Shown here piece by piece: positions 39,046 to 51,876 of a DNA stretch of 64,000 bases. Below the pieces are notes generated by a model. The model did not search any database. It had not been told where the DNA came from and worked only from the letters and a program-made list of their open reading frames with translations. Both the position numbers and the translations under genes were made by a program. Source of the stretch: Octopus sinensis (taxonomy: Eukaryota); assembly GCF_006345805.1 (NCBI RefSeq), contig NC_042997.1, positions 133,672,001-133,736,000 on the forward strand, in the 5' to 3' direction. How positions within the stretch are numbered: the first letter of the stretch is position 1; each line of letters begins with the position of its first letter.

Positions 39046-40953
39046 ACGTGCGCGAGCAAAGGTTTATGTATATATGTATATATATATTATATATATATTA
39101 TTGTCATATATATGTGAGTGTAGAGACAGACAGGCATGCATGCAGACAGACAAACAAGCAGACAGATGATAAATACACAAGCAGATAGACAGGCAGACAA
39201 ACAGGCATAACAAGAAGATTAATATGTTTAAAAATACTGTTTTAGCCATTATTAGATTACATTTCTGATTGGTAATAACGTTTTCTTTATCATTTTTTAA
39301 ATGTAATACTGTACAGGGTTCGTGTTCTGTTAAAGTTAGTACTTTATTAACTATCTGTAGGTTGCTAGATATATTTTTTAGTTTCTAAATTTAGAGTTTG
39401 GTATGTACTGGAGTTAGGTCTTTTATTAATTTTGATGATACTGATATGGAGGTCAGTTCGGAGGCTGAGTGCTGCGACCTACTTTTGTGGTTTGGCGTCA
39501 GGGAGACGGGTAGATCTTTTGTCCTGTCGGTTTTTGGAGAGGTTTATGTATTCGGAGGAGACATTTGGCCTTGTTCCGGTCAATAAAGGGTCGAGAAACC
39601 ACCCCTTTAAAAACGCGACGCGCTGGAATTTGGCGGTCAGTCGGAGGCAGTCAGTCGGTGAGGCAGTCGAGAACAGTCGAGAACAGGGTAGCTGGCGTGA
39701 GGGTCGATGCAGAGATGACAAGCGTGGCGAGAAGGACAGGCAGATAGGATTAAGGAGCTGGGAGAGATTACGGCGAGAAGGCATGGCTATTCATAGTGGG
39801 AGTTTGTAAACGAAGAAACTTGCGGTATGTTTTTGTTATGTTTTTGAAGTGAAATGTAAAAGAAACGAGATTATGACATAAATTGTGAACTGTGGTGAAA
39901 AAAATGAGTTGTTAAAGAAAAAAGAATTGATGTGTAAAAAAAGAGGAGGAAGAAGTACTGAATTAAGGAAAAGAACATTGGGGAAAGAACTGTGTGGTTG
40001 AGTTGTGTTAAAGAGTTGTTGAAAAAGAAAGAGAAAGACTTTAATGTGATTTGAACATTGAACTGTATCGTGAACATTATTTGATTTGAACTGTTGTCTC
40101 TGAACTGTATCTGCATGCTTTGATTTGTTGTTTTCTTGTTTTCTTGCATGTATTTTCTTTGATGTAGGAGCTGGGAGAGATTGTCATAAACTGTTGTTAA
40201 AAGTAAGACCGGAGAGAACAACAACAACAACAACAACGGCAGGAAGAGATACAGAGAGAGACGGCGGAAGGCAAGGGGCTTCATTTTGTAAGACACTTTA
40301 TTTCACGTTGCTCCGCTCCGCTCAGCTAAAAATGAGTTGCATCAGCAGTTGAGAGACGGCAGGTGGTACGTAACAATACTCTTTGAACGAGTCTAATTTA
40401 TGCGATTATAAGTAACGTTTAGAAAATCTAGAAACTTAAAATTCTCTTCCGATGTAACTCTACATCGTTGGTTGCAGAAGGTATGATCACTTTCTTTCGG
40501 AGCTGTCTCAAATTCTATTGGGGATTTTTACAATATTTATCTTAACTTCTGAATTGGTTTGTTATGCTCACATTCATCAACATCAAAATTTGATGAAGAT
40601 AGGTTTAAAATAATTTATAATAAGCACACGAAACACGTGTCTGGAAGTCCGCTGACATCATTCAGAACCCAGCTCGAGGTGTTTTGAGACACAAAGTCTA
40701 CGGAGAGAAATTCTTCGCAGAAAAGAGTCCCACACAGCGAACTTCTTCCACGTTCTGGTCCACGGAAACGTATAAAATATAAAATATAAAATATGTATTT
40801 TAAATACGTCCAATGTAAACAAAAAAGTTTGTTTTCAAAGCGCTGAAATGTATCGTAAAACATGTAGAGAGATAAATTTTAATCAACGCGTAAATACTGA
40901 ACAGTATATATAAAGGATAAAATCCTTTTTTCTTTAAAAGCAGAAAAAATTGT

Positions 40954-41030
40954 CGGCAGCCAGCCATAAGGATCGAACTCCCACCCTCCAATATCCGGTT
41001 GGAATGCTCTACCATTTAAGCTAAACCGCC
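40954..41030 (-). pseudogene. tRNA-like sequence (pseudo-tRNA or SINE head)
   Basis: ggcggtt-ta-gctt(aaatggta)gagc-at-tccaa(ccggata)ttgga-gggt-gggag(ttcgatc)cttat-ggct-ggctgcc; cloverleaf recognisable, but T-stem and anticodon loop are defective. Confidence 0.65.
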
Positions 41031-41044
41031 TGACTGCCAAACCT

Positions 41045-41551
41045 ATTTCTTTACTACCCACAAAGCGCTAAACACAGAGAGGACAAGCAAGGACAGACAA
41101 ACGGATTAAGTCGATTACATCGACCCCAGTGTGTAACTGGTACTTATTTAATCGACCCCGAAAGGATGAAAGGCAAAGTCGATCTCGACGGAATTTGAAC
41201 TCACAACGTAACGGCAGACGAAATACCTATTTCTTTACTACCCACAAGGGGCTAAACACAGAGGGGTCAAACAAGGACAGACAAACGGATTAAGTCGATT
41301 ACATCGACTCCAGTGCGTAACTGGTACTTATTTATTTATTGCCCACAGGGGGCTAAACATAGAGGGGACAAACAAGGGAATTAAGTCGATTATATCGACC
41401 CCAGTGATTTACTGGTACTTATTTAATCGACCCCGAAAGGATGAAGGGCAAAGTCGACCTCGGCGGAATTTGAACTCAGAACGTAGCGGCAGACAAAATA
41501 CCGCAATGCATTTCGCCCGGCGTGCTAACATTTCTGCCAGCTCGCCGCCTT
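41045..41551 (-). mobile_element. SINE-B trimer with 16-bp TSD
   Basis: cctgactgccaaacct at 41029-41044 and 41552-41567. Confidence 0.94.
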
Positions 41552-43020
41552 CCTGACTGCCAAACCTTTTAATTAACAAGAGTCGAGTCCCCTGCTCGCG
41601 TATTTTTGCACATGATACGGAAGAAATTACAATATCACGTTTTCGAACATGATTCTGAATCGAGGAAAATACGTTTCCACAAATATTAATGAATAGCTAA
41701 AAACGTAACACATTTTCCAAAGGCAAATAATCTTTGAATCAACGATGTTCCAGCCACAAGTACCAAGTTTGTTTATTCAATCAAGTTTAGGGCTATCCTA
41801 GTGTTTAGCCTGTTGGACTCAGTTTCAATAGGTTTCATTCCCTAACCGAACTGCATACGTTCATTTTGTAAGACACTTTATTTCACGTTGCTCCGCTCCG
41901 CTCAGCTAAAAATGAGTTGCATCAGCAGTCGGAGTCACGCTTCGCAAACCGTTATCCCTAAATCTGGTAAATGCAAGATGTGAACGCATCTCGATGACTA
42001 AAGCACGCTGATGGATGGTGATGCTGCTGCTCAAGATGATGATGATGATGATGATGACGACGACGACGACACGACGAGGAGGAGGAGGGGGAATTTGAGG
42101 AGGGGGAGGAGGAGACTTACAAGCTGGAGGCTTCTATATCTAAGAATTCGAGTGGCCGCCGAGAAGTTAAATTTCAAAATTTGTTGTTGAACCACTTGTG
42201 GATCAACAACATACAAACGAATAAACATTTCTAGCCGTGACCATCATGTCATGTTAGGCACCAAGTTCTCCACACCACCGACTATACTTTCCAATGTGCT
42301 CCGTAAAAAAAAAAATGGATGATTTGAGAGAGATTTGACAATTATTTCTATAAAGCGTGGTGACCGCATAATCTCCCCTTTTTTCAAAATCTTGTTGTTT
42401 AGATCCTGGTTAGTCTTGATCCAACGGTTTTTGAACGAAAGTGTTCTAGGTGTGACCATAATGTCATTTGTTAGACAGCCTGGATAGAACACTTTTTTAT
42501 TACTTTTAAAACTGTGGAGTATAATTAGAGGGAGGCTAATGGCTATATCTTGCAAATCATGTGACTACTGTGAGCAACGAATACCAACAGTTTATCATCG
42601 TGACCTATTTTGATCCTTTTATTGGAGAAATATTCCTCAGTTTTCGTTTGCGGTAAATGATTTGCTATTGCGGTAAATGATTTGCTATTCATGCCTATTG
42701 TATAACATTTTCATGAATACTTTTACATTTTATCAAATACTATTAAAGTGAGACATTTGTCTTCGTGACCCTTTCAGCACTATATTGCGACCATAGGTTT
42801 CGAATAGACACACTGTTGACACTGTCACCTACAATAAGCACAAAATTGTTCTCAAAATATCAAATCAGGCAAACCTTCTATAAAATGCCAGGGAAATAAA
42901 TAAATAAATTTCTTAAGAAAATAGCTTTAACTGCTTTTAATTTGGCCAGCGTTACCTTCCATTCACTTAAATTCTGTTCACCCAGGATCGATAAAATAGA
43001 TTATGAGTCCAAAGTACATT

Positions 43021-43168
43021 ATTTATATTATTTACATTATTTACATTTGACGGATATTTGTTTGTTGTTAATACAACGTTTTGGCTGATATACCCTCCAG
43101 CCTTCATCGGGTGTCTTGAGGAAATTTTGAACCTGGGTTCAAAGCACATTTGACGATTGTTTCTATAA
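43021..43168 (-). mobile_element. ~150-bp Penelope-like mini-insertion with hammerhead motif and 15-bp TSD
   Basis: agtccaaagtacatt at 43006-43020 and 43169-43183; same family as 58720-58860. Confidence 0.75.
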
Positions 43169-43204
43169 AGTCCAAAGTACATTTTATAGAATGTTTATTT
43201 TATT

Positions 43205-43575
43205 TTTTATTCTTTTATTTTATTTCAGTCATTTGACTGTGGCCATGCTGGAGCACCACCTTTAGGCGAACAAATCGACCGCAAGACTTATTCTTTGTAA
43301 GCCTAGTTCTTATTCTATCGGTTACTTTTGCCGAACCGCTAAGTTACAAGAACGTAAACACTCTACCATCGGTTATCAAGCGATGGTGGGGGAACAAACA
43401 CAGACACGCAAACATATACGATGGGCTTCATTCAGTTTCCGTCTACCAAATCCACTCACAAGGCTTTGGTCGGCCCGAGGCTATTGTAGAAGACACTTGC
43501 CCAAGGTGCCACACAGTGGGACTGAACCCGGAACCATTTGGTTGCAAGCAAGCTATTTACCACAACCGCTCCTGC
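43205..43575 (-). mobile_element. SINE-A, complete, with a very short internal microsatellite
   Basis: Matches the reverse complement of 34014-34417. Confidence 0.9.
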
Positions 43576-43698
43576 TATTCAAGAATAATTTTGTGCTTCT
43601 TGTAAGATGACTCTAAACCTCTGGTCCATCGATTCGAAACCTATGATCACAATTTAATCGAGAAAAGGTCGCGAAGACAAAACGTTTTACTTCAGAAA

Positions 43699-44061
43699 TC
43701 TATATATATATATATAAAGCTGAAGTTGTCTGTGTGTGTTTGGCAGGTTTGGTAGCCTTATACTAACACTATCTCCTCCGAGACCCTGCGGAAAGTATGA
43801 TAGAAGAAGGCTTGCCCTTCATTCCGCAGAAGAAAAAATTCAAATCGGACCATGTTAAGATCCAAAATTATTTACATCAAAAAAGTGCTTTTTCTATGAA
43901 AATCCTTATTTTTTTACCATTTTTGACTGCTGTGTCGCCATTTTCCGGTGTATTTCAACCAGAAAAATGTTCACTTAAAAAGAATAATAAGCTACATAAT
44001 GCAAAAATTCCAATTCTAAAGGGTCGAAATAAACCCGAGCAACGCCGGACTATACTGCTAG
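43699..44061 (+). mobile_element. Non-autonomous Helitron
   Basis: A|TC(TA)n-aagctgaag 5' end; GC-rich subterminal cccgagcaacgccgg; CTAG|T 3' end; no TSD. Confidence 0.8.
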
Positions 44062-44386
44062 TATTTGATAAAATGTAAAATATACTGGAATCGTTGATAT
44101 CGTCTAAGACTATCGCCTCCCAAAACTGCTGACTTTGTGTCTACAGCATTCACGTAACGTCTATAAAGTTATACTTTACTGACACCTGCTAACAGTAATT
44201 TTTAATTTAATTCTTTACAATAATAATATTCGTATCCTAAAGATTCTTTAACTAAGTGGGTAAAATTCATTTAGTAAATCATTGCTCTTAATAGGTTTAT
44301 ATTGTTTGGAGTTAATTGACTTTAACTCTATTAGGTTAGCAATTAAAATTTTAATGATGTATCTATGTATACATACATATACATAC

Positions 44387-44443
<57 letters not shown>

Positions 44444-44450
44444 ATATATA

Positions 44451-44501
<51 letters not shown>

Positions 44502-45316
44502 TGTATGTATATATGTATATGTATGTATATATATGTAGTTATACTTTATGTAGATTACAATGCAGTATACTATTTTTCTTCGTAGGAAAAGTAATTATTT
44601 ATGGGAAATATATGAAGTACCTCAGTATTAGAATATTTATTTAACCTTTCTTGTTATGTAATTAACCTCAAAATTTATGAGTATTTCAGTTTTGTGGAGG
44701 TATGTGTCACTGTTTCGTTCATGTGTGTATTTATGTTTTATATGTGTGTGTATGCATATGTATATGTGTGTGTATATGAATTATATGTATGTACATATAT
44801 ATATGTGTGTGTGTGTGTGTGTATACACACATTCACACGCGTACATATTTGTATGTATGTATGTATGTATGTATGTATGTATGTATATACGTGTGTGTAT
44901 GTGTGTCTTGGATTTATTTTCCGAATTTATTTTTATACGTACGTATTTCTTTCCTGCTGGTTAAATTCACTTCGCGATCTGATAGCTTTGAGTTTGGTCT
45001 CACTAAATCGCACCTTGGCAAGTGACTTCTATTATAGACCCTGGCCTTGGGAGTGAAGTCCGTCGAAGGAAACTATGCAGAAATCCGTGGTATATAGCTG
45101 TACGTATATATATGAATGCCACAGCATTTTTCTGTTTGAGTTTGCTTCATGCACATTTAAAACCAGTGTTGGTTTATTAACGTTCCCGTAACATAATGGA
45201 TCGGCAATAAGAGGTCGTTAATCAGGAGCGGTATCGACTGGGTCGACATAGCTTTTCAAGACATTGTCACAGCATGGCCTCAGTTCAATGACTGAAAAAA
45301 GGAATAAAATAATGAA

Positions 45317-45362
<46 letters not shown>

Positions 45363-45514
45363 GTGCGTGTAGGTAATCACGTGAATAATATTTTCAGAAG
45401 CCACTTCTACGGCTATAGGCGTAGGAGTGGCTGTGTGGTAAGTAACTTGTTTGCCAACCACATGGTTCCGGGTTCAGTCCCACTGTGAGGCACCTTGGGC
45501 AAGTGTCTTCCAAA

Positions 45515-46342
45515 CTTCCAAATTTGGAAGTGGTCTAACAATTGGGACCTGTGTCTGAACGTGTCAAAGTGCTGTCATCTGCCTGTCGGCTCTACTCCTG
45601 CAACTCAACTTGATTTCGAGCCGGGTCGTCTGCTGCTGGAGAGGACCGATCAGGTAAAGGACCTAGGTATCTTGGTGGATTCCTCCTTTTCGCCTTCGGC
45701 CCAGTGCGTCCATGCTGCCAACAAAGCACGCGGAATTCTGTTCTTGATTCGACGGTCATTCGGAATGCTCACAGCAGCCATATTCCTACCACTCTATGTC
45801 ACGCTGGTGAGACCCATATTGGAGTATGGGATTCAAGCCTCTTCTCCTTATCTCATCAAAGACATACAGCATCTCGAAAGAGTCCAGAAGCTGGCTACCC
45901 GCATGGTTCATGGTCTCAAAAATTTGTCCTACGAAGAGCGGCTGAGGACGCTCGACCTTTATTCTCTTGAAAAACGCCGCCGCCGTGGTGATCTCATTCT
46001 CGCCCACAACATCATAAGCGGAAAGTGTAACCTCTCGAAAGAGCTGTTCTTCACTCCTGCTCCAGAGCGTCGGCTGCGGGTTCATTCCGAAAAGCTCTAC
46101 CTGCGACGATTTCATCTCAATCGAAGGAGAGGAGCTTTCTCCGTCCGGGTTGCGGATCCGTGGAACAAGCTGCCAGACGAGATGGTGAAGATGCCGACGA
46201 CCGCTTTGTTCAAAGCCTCCCTTGACCTCAAGTGGCCTGAACTCTTTACATGAACACCACCCTGTACTTAACTCCATGTCCCCCTACATGGCCTTGCTAT
46301 TTGCTTTTGAGCCAAATTAACTAACTAACTAACTAACTAACT
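45515..46342 (+). mobile_element. Young 5'-truncated CR1-clade LINE
   Basis: 3' UTR stem-loop ccatgt(ccccct)acatgg at 46274-46291 and an (AACT)n tail. Confidence 0.93.
45522..46253 (+). pseudogene. Uninterrupted C-terminal fragment of LINE ORF2 (late RT and thumb region), no true start codon
   Basis: WSNNWDLCLNVSKC, VKDLGILVD, LVRPILEY, LERVQKLATR, LYSLEKRRRRGDLI, FSVRVADPWNKLP; the ORF-track start at 45495 lies in the host SINE. Confidence 0.92.
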
Positions 46343-47042
46343 TGAGCCTCGGGTCGATCAAAGCCTTGTGGGTGGATTTGGTAGACGGAAACTGAAAGAA
46401 GCCCGTCGTATATATGTATATATATTTATATATGTGTGTGTATATGTTTGTGTGTCTGTGTTTGTCCCCCCCCCCCCCAACATCGCTTGACCACCGATGT
46501 TGGTGTGTTTACGTCGCCGTAACTTAGCGGTTCGGCAAAACAGACTGATAGAATAGGTACTAGGCTTACAAAGACTAAGTCCTAGGGTCGATTTGCTCGA
46601 CTAAAGGCGGTGCTCCAGCATAGCCACAGTCAAATGACTGAAACAAGAAAAAGAATAGAAGAGTAAGTCAAAACACTTATAGTAACAGACATAGAAGGTT
46701 AAGTTGAAAATATACTAAATGCACAAACGAATGGAAAACGAACGCAGAAGGCCACCATCTCCTCGTCACTTATCGGTTAGGATGTCAAAAGCAATTTCGT
46801 GCTATTATTGATAATATTGCTTCCACTCTGGAGACACCAGCAAGAAAACTTGCAGGGAATGCGACCAAAACATAACAAAACAAAACGAGACGGACAAACA
46901 ACGGATGAACAAGGAATACGGAAATGGACATACGAAAATGGATAAAAGTAATTCGAGACGAGACCGTTAGTGGACGGACGAAGGGCAAAATAAACGTAAT
47001 AAATAAACAGAATATAGGGCCAGACGAAGGTGACAAAAACAG

Positions 47043-47545
<503 letters not shown>

Positions 47546-48027
47546 TGGATGGATTCATGCACATACATATATAAGTATATAAACAAGAGATGATGTATAA
47601 AACATCAAAAAATATATATCCACTATCATTAACAGCTCGGTTTATAACAGGTCATTAACACTAAAATGTTATAGCATTGCAATGATTCCGCATGGGCTTG
47701 CATGCATGTAGATAATTGGTTAAAACTATCCTTAAGAGCAGCGTATATCTCTTATTATAATTTATAATAAAAGCAGAAAACTATAAATTTCAAAGATAGT
47801 TTGTAATTCAATTCAAGCCACCGTCAGTCTATGGATAGCACAGCTCGTAACATTGTTGGTCATTTTGGAATAAATATTGTTTTAAATTAGTTCAATTCAA
47901 ATTTATTTATATTTATTTGTTATGTATTTTAATTCTTTAATTGTTGAATTAATGATGTTTATTCTTAGTGAAACAGCTGTTGAGAGTAATTAAATTATCT
48001 CTCTGCGAAATTTATGCTTTTCCTTTA

Positions 48028-48069
<42 letters not shown>

Positions 48070-48692
48070 GAGAGAGTGAGAGACAAGGAGACAGACAGAC
48101 AGAGAAAGGGAAAGACTGATCAAAACAGTTTGATTCAGACTCCTTAGTACTCTAAGTTTCAAGTGTGTGGCTAGTCTTCGGGCATTGTGAATGGGAGTTC
48201 AACTGAAGAGAGTCAATGTTTACTACTGGACGATAGCCTGCGATTATTCGAGAAAGGTCATGCAGTATAACGGTTTGATGTTGGTATTTTAGCGTCAACA
48301 ATTATTTGGAAAATACCGTATGGTGAGCAGGAAATAGACCGCGTGGTGGCCAACAAATCGGTCGTGCGGGTAAATGTGGGGGTATACATGTGTATACTTA
48401 CATCATATATATTGCTCATATATCTGCGTGTATACATCCATGCTTATACGAGAATGTGTGCTTAATTGTATATTCACGCATCTGCGTTCACGCACGCACA
48501 CACCTACATACAAGTGCACACATATACAGACACACTCGAACAGACACACACACGCGTACAAACTTTATCTTCATGTATATATGCACATGAGGACATGCAC
48601 ACGCGCGTACACACACAAGTGTGCAAGTGTGTACGGATGCACATGTATATAGGCACGCACATGCACACATTTGCGCATATATATATATATGT

Positions 48693-48775
<83 letters not shown>

Positions 48776-49233
48776 TACATAATTTACTGCCGACTGAAAC
48801 TGCGCTTCCGTGGCGAATTTGAAAAATTAACATGTATAACGATGAGCCAAGGTGTTATTCATCTCTTAGTTATATGTTAGTGTTATGGCACGGTCACTGA
48901 TGGGAAATTCACCTAGCAAATTATTTTATTTGCTCAAAAAAATTTGAAGCCTAGGTCTGACCGTAATAAAATAAGAAGGTAATTTATTTTTATTCCTTTT
49001 GAAGATTGCTCTTAAATGTGGTTTTGGTCAATTTGACTAATTCTTCAAGCGTGTAAAACTACTTGTTGAAGGCAGTTTCTCTTGTGTTTAAATGTACACT
49101 ATTTACACATATATATATATATATATAATATATATCAATATATGGGTGGCAAAAAATTTTGTAGAATTTTTTTGCCACCAGCGGCCTAGTGGGAAAAAAT
49201 AAATAGTCATAGACCATTTATAAGTTCAACATC

Positions 49234-49472
49234 AACAATCAAGGAACGGCCATAATAGGCCATTCACCACTAGAATAACAGCCAAAGCTTCACCGCAAAA
49301 TAACATTAATTCCGCAAACCAGGAGAAAATTAAAAAATTAAAAAAATTAAAAAACAGGGTAAATGTTTTTTAATTTTCTCCTGGTTTGCGGAATTAATGT
49401 TATTTTGCGGTTGAAGCTTTGGCTGTTATTTCTAGTGGGTGAATGGCCTATTATGGCCGTTCCTTGATTGTT
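49234..49472. repeat. Near-perfect inverted repeat, ~105-bp arms, 28-bp spacer
   Basis: 49234-49337 versus 49366-49472 differ only by three 1-nt run-length indels. Confidence 0.95.
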
Positions 49473-49504
49473 AATATATATATATATATATAATATATAT
49501 ATAT

Positions 49505-49573
<69 letters not shown>

Positions 49574-49605
49574 ATATATATATATGTATATGTATATATA
49601 TATAG

Positions 49606-49685
<80 letters not shown>

Positions 49686-49687
49686 AT

Positions 49688-49972
49688 AATGGCCCAGTGG
49701 TTAGGGCAGCGGACTCGCGGTCGTAGGATCGCGGTTTCGGTTCCCAAACCGGGCGTTGTGAGTGTTTATTGAGCGAAAACACCTAAAGCCCCATGAGGCT
49801 CCGGCAGGGGTGGTGGTGATCCCTGCTGTACTCTTTCCCCACAACTTTCTCTCACTCTTTCTTCTGTTGGCCTACTCGCTTAGCCATTGTAGGCTAAAAC
49901 AATGCGAAGCGCACTGTCACCAGCGATGTGTAACAACATCTGATGGCCTGGTCGGTCACGTAATCACGTGAT
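49688..49972 (+). mobile_element. SINE family C (tail type 2)
   Basis: Same head as 14737; tail ccagcgatgtgtaacaac...ggtcacgtaatcacgtgat, also seen alone at ~34490-34572. Confidence 0.85.
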
Positions 49973-49974
49973 AT

Positions 49975-50306
49975 ATAATATATATATATATTAATAGATA
50001 CATACATACATACATACATGCATACATACACACATACATACATACTTACATACATGCATACATACATACATACATACATACTTACATACATACATACATA
50101 CATGCATACTTACATACATACATGCTACATACATACATACATACATACAACACATACATACATCAATACTTACATACATACATACATACATGCAATACAT
50201 ACATACATGCATACATACATACATACATACCATATCATACATGCATACCTACATATACATACATCACATACATACATGCATACATACATACATACATACA
50301 TACACA

Positions 50307-50338
<32 letters not shown>

Positions 50339-50350
50339 CATACATATACA
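49975..50350. repeat. (TACA)n
   Basis: Seen directly. Confidence 0.95.
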
Positions 50351-50759
50351 TACTGCATGTAATTTGTGAGTGCTGTTATCTGTTTGTGACTGTAACTTCT
50401 GCCGATTATTAATAACCCCTCGCACACACCCACATACATGCATGCATATATATATATATATATAATATATATATATATATAATATATATGCGCGTGGCGT
50501 GTGTGAGTGTGTGTGTAATATATATATATAATATCATATTTGTATGCACGAACTTAAAACAACAGTATAGCAAATCCGAGCTCAACGCTTTGCCTTTGTT
50601 ATTAGCTGAAGGTAATAATGCTCCTGTGCGAATGAAAAATGTTTTTCTATTTCACTTGCCCATCGGGAAATATGTAGAAATGAATCATTATTTGTTATTA
50701 TTAAAATAACTATCAGGATTTCAGTTGGCCTATATCTTGAATTTGTAAACATTGATATA

Positions 50760-50924
50760 GGCGTAGGAGTGGCTGTGTAGTGAGTAGCTTGCTTACCAAC
50801 TACATGGTTCCGGGTTCAGTACCACTGCGTGGCACCTTGGGCAAATGTCTTCTACTATAGCCTCGGGCCGACCAAAGCGTTTGTGAGTGGATTTGGTAGG
50901 CGGAATCTGAAAGAAGCCCGTCGA

Positions 50925-50955
<31 letters not shown>

Positions 50956-51079
50956 TCAACGTTGGTTGAACCTTTTATTCGCAATATTACCGAATCTGGA
51001 ACTTAACTATGGTCTGTTTATAGCACTTATTCAGCATTACCTGACACCTTTGGGTCTTAATGACACCATTATCTCATGT

Positions 51080-51142
<63 letters not shown>

Positions 51143-51353
51143 TTGCGTGTGTCTGTGTTTGTCCCCACAACATCGCTTGACAACCGATGGTTATGTGTTT
51201 ACGTCCCCGTAATTTAGCGGTTCGACAAAAGAGACCGATAGAATAAGTACTAGGCTTACAAAGATTTTGTCGATTTGCCCGACTAAAGGCGTTGCTCCAG
51301 CATGGCCGCAGTCAAATGACTGAAACAGGTAAAAGAGTAAAGAGAGTAAAGAG
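50760..51353 (+). mobile_element. SINE-A, full length, with ~130 bp of extra sequence in its internal microsatellite
   Basis: Head and tail match 34014-34417. Confidence 0.9.
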
Positions 51354-51579
51354 CAGCTGTAATAACGAAAATAACTATGCTGCCGAAATTTCAATAACGT
51401 ATCTTAATAAATAGTGACGCATATATGAATGAGAAAAAGCGTAATTTTGTTTACGCCATATTTAGTTTGGAGTATGAGTATCGATAAATGTGGACATCAG
51501 ACACTTGCGGAAGTATTTTGTGTCGATAAGCTCTCTATCTGTCCTCAACGTGTCTCCTGCTGATGAACGTATTATATTT

Positions 51580-51811
51580 CTTTTGCTCTTTTACTTGTTT
51601 CAGTCATTTTGACTGTGGCTATGCTGCAGCATCGCCTTTAGTCGAGGAAATCGACCCCAGGACTTATTCTTTGTAAGCCTAGTACTTATTCTCTCTCTTC
51701 TCTTTCGCCGAACCGCTAAGTGACGGGGACGTAAATACACCAGCATCGGTTGTCAAGCGATGCTGGTGGGGAGGGGGGGACAAACACAGACACACAAACA
51801 TATACACACGT

Positions 51812-51876
<65 letters not shown>

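Larger units (their letters stand above)
45418..46663 (+). mobile_element. SINE-A split by a LINE insertion (45418-45510 plus 46343-46663)
   Basis: The family sequence stops at gtgtcttc and resumes at gagcctcggg. Confidence 0.93.

Noticed and set aside
41045-41551. Regularly repeated ~190-bp units as a CRISPR-like array
   Set aside because: The units are SINE bodies with no unique spacers, the context is eukaryotic and there are no cas genes.
42244-42555. 103-aa non-repetitive ORF
   Set aside because: No transposase or host-protein motif identified and no splice support.
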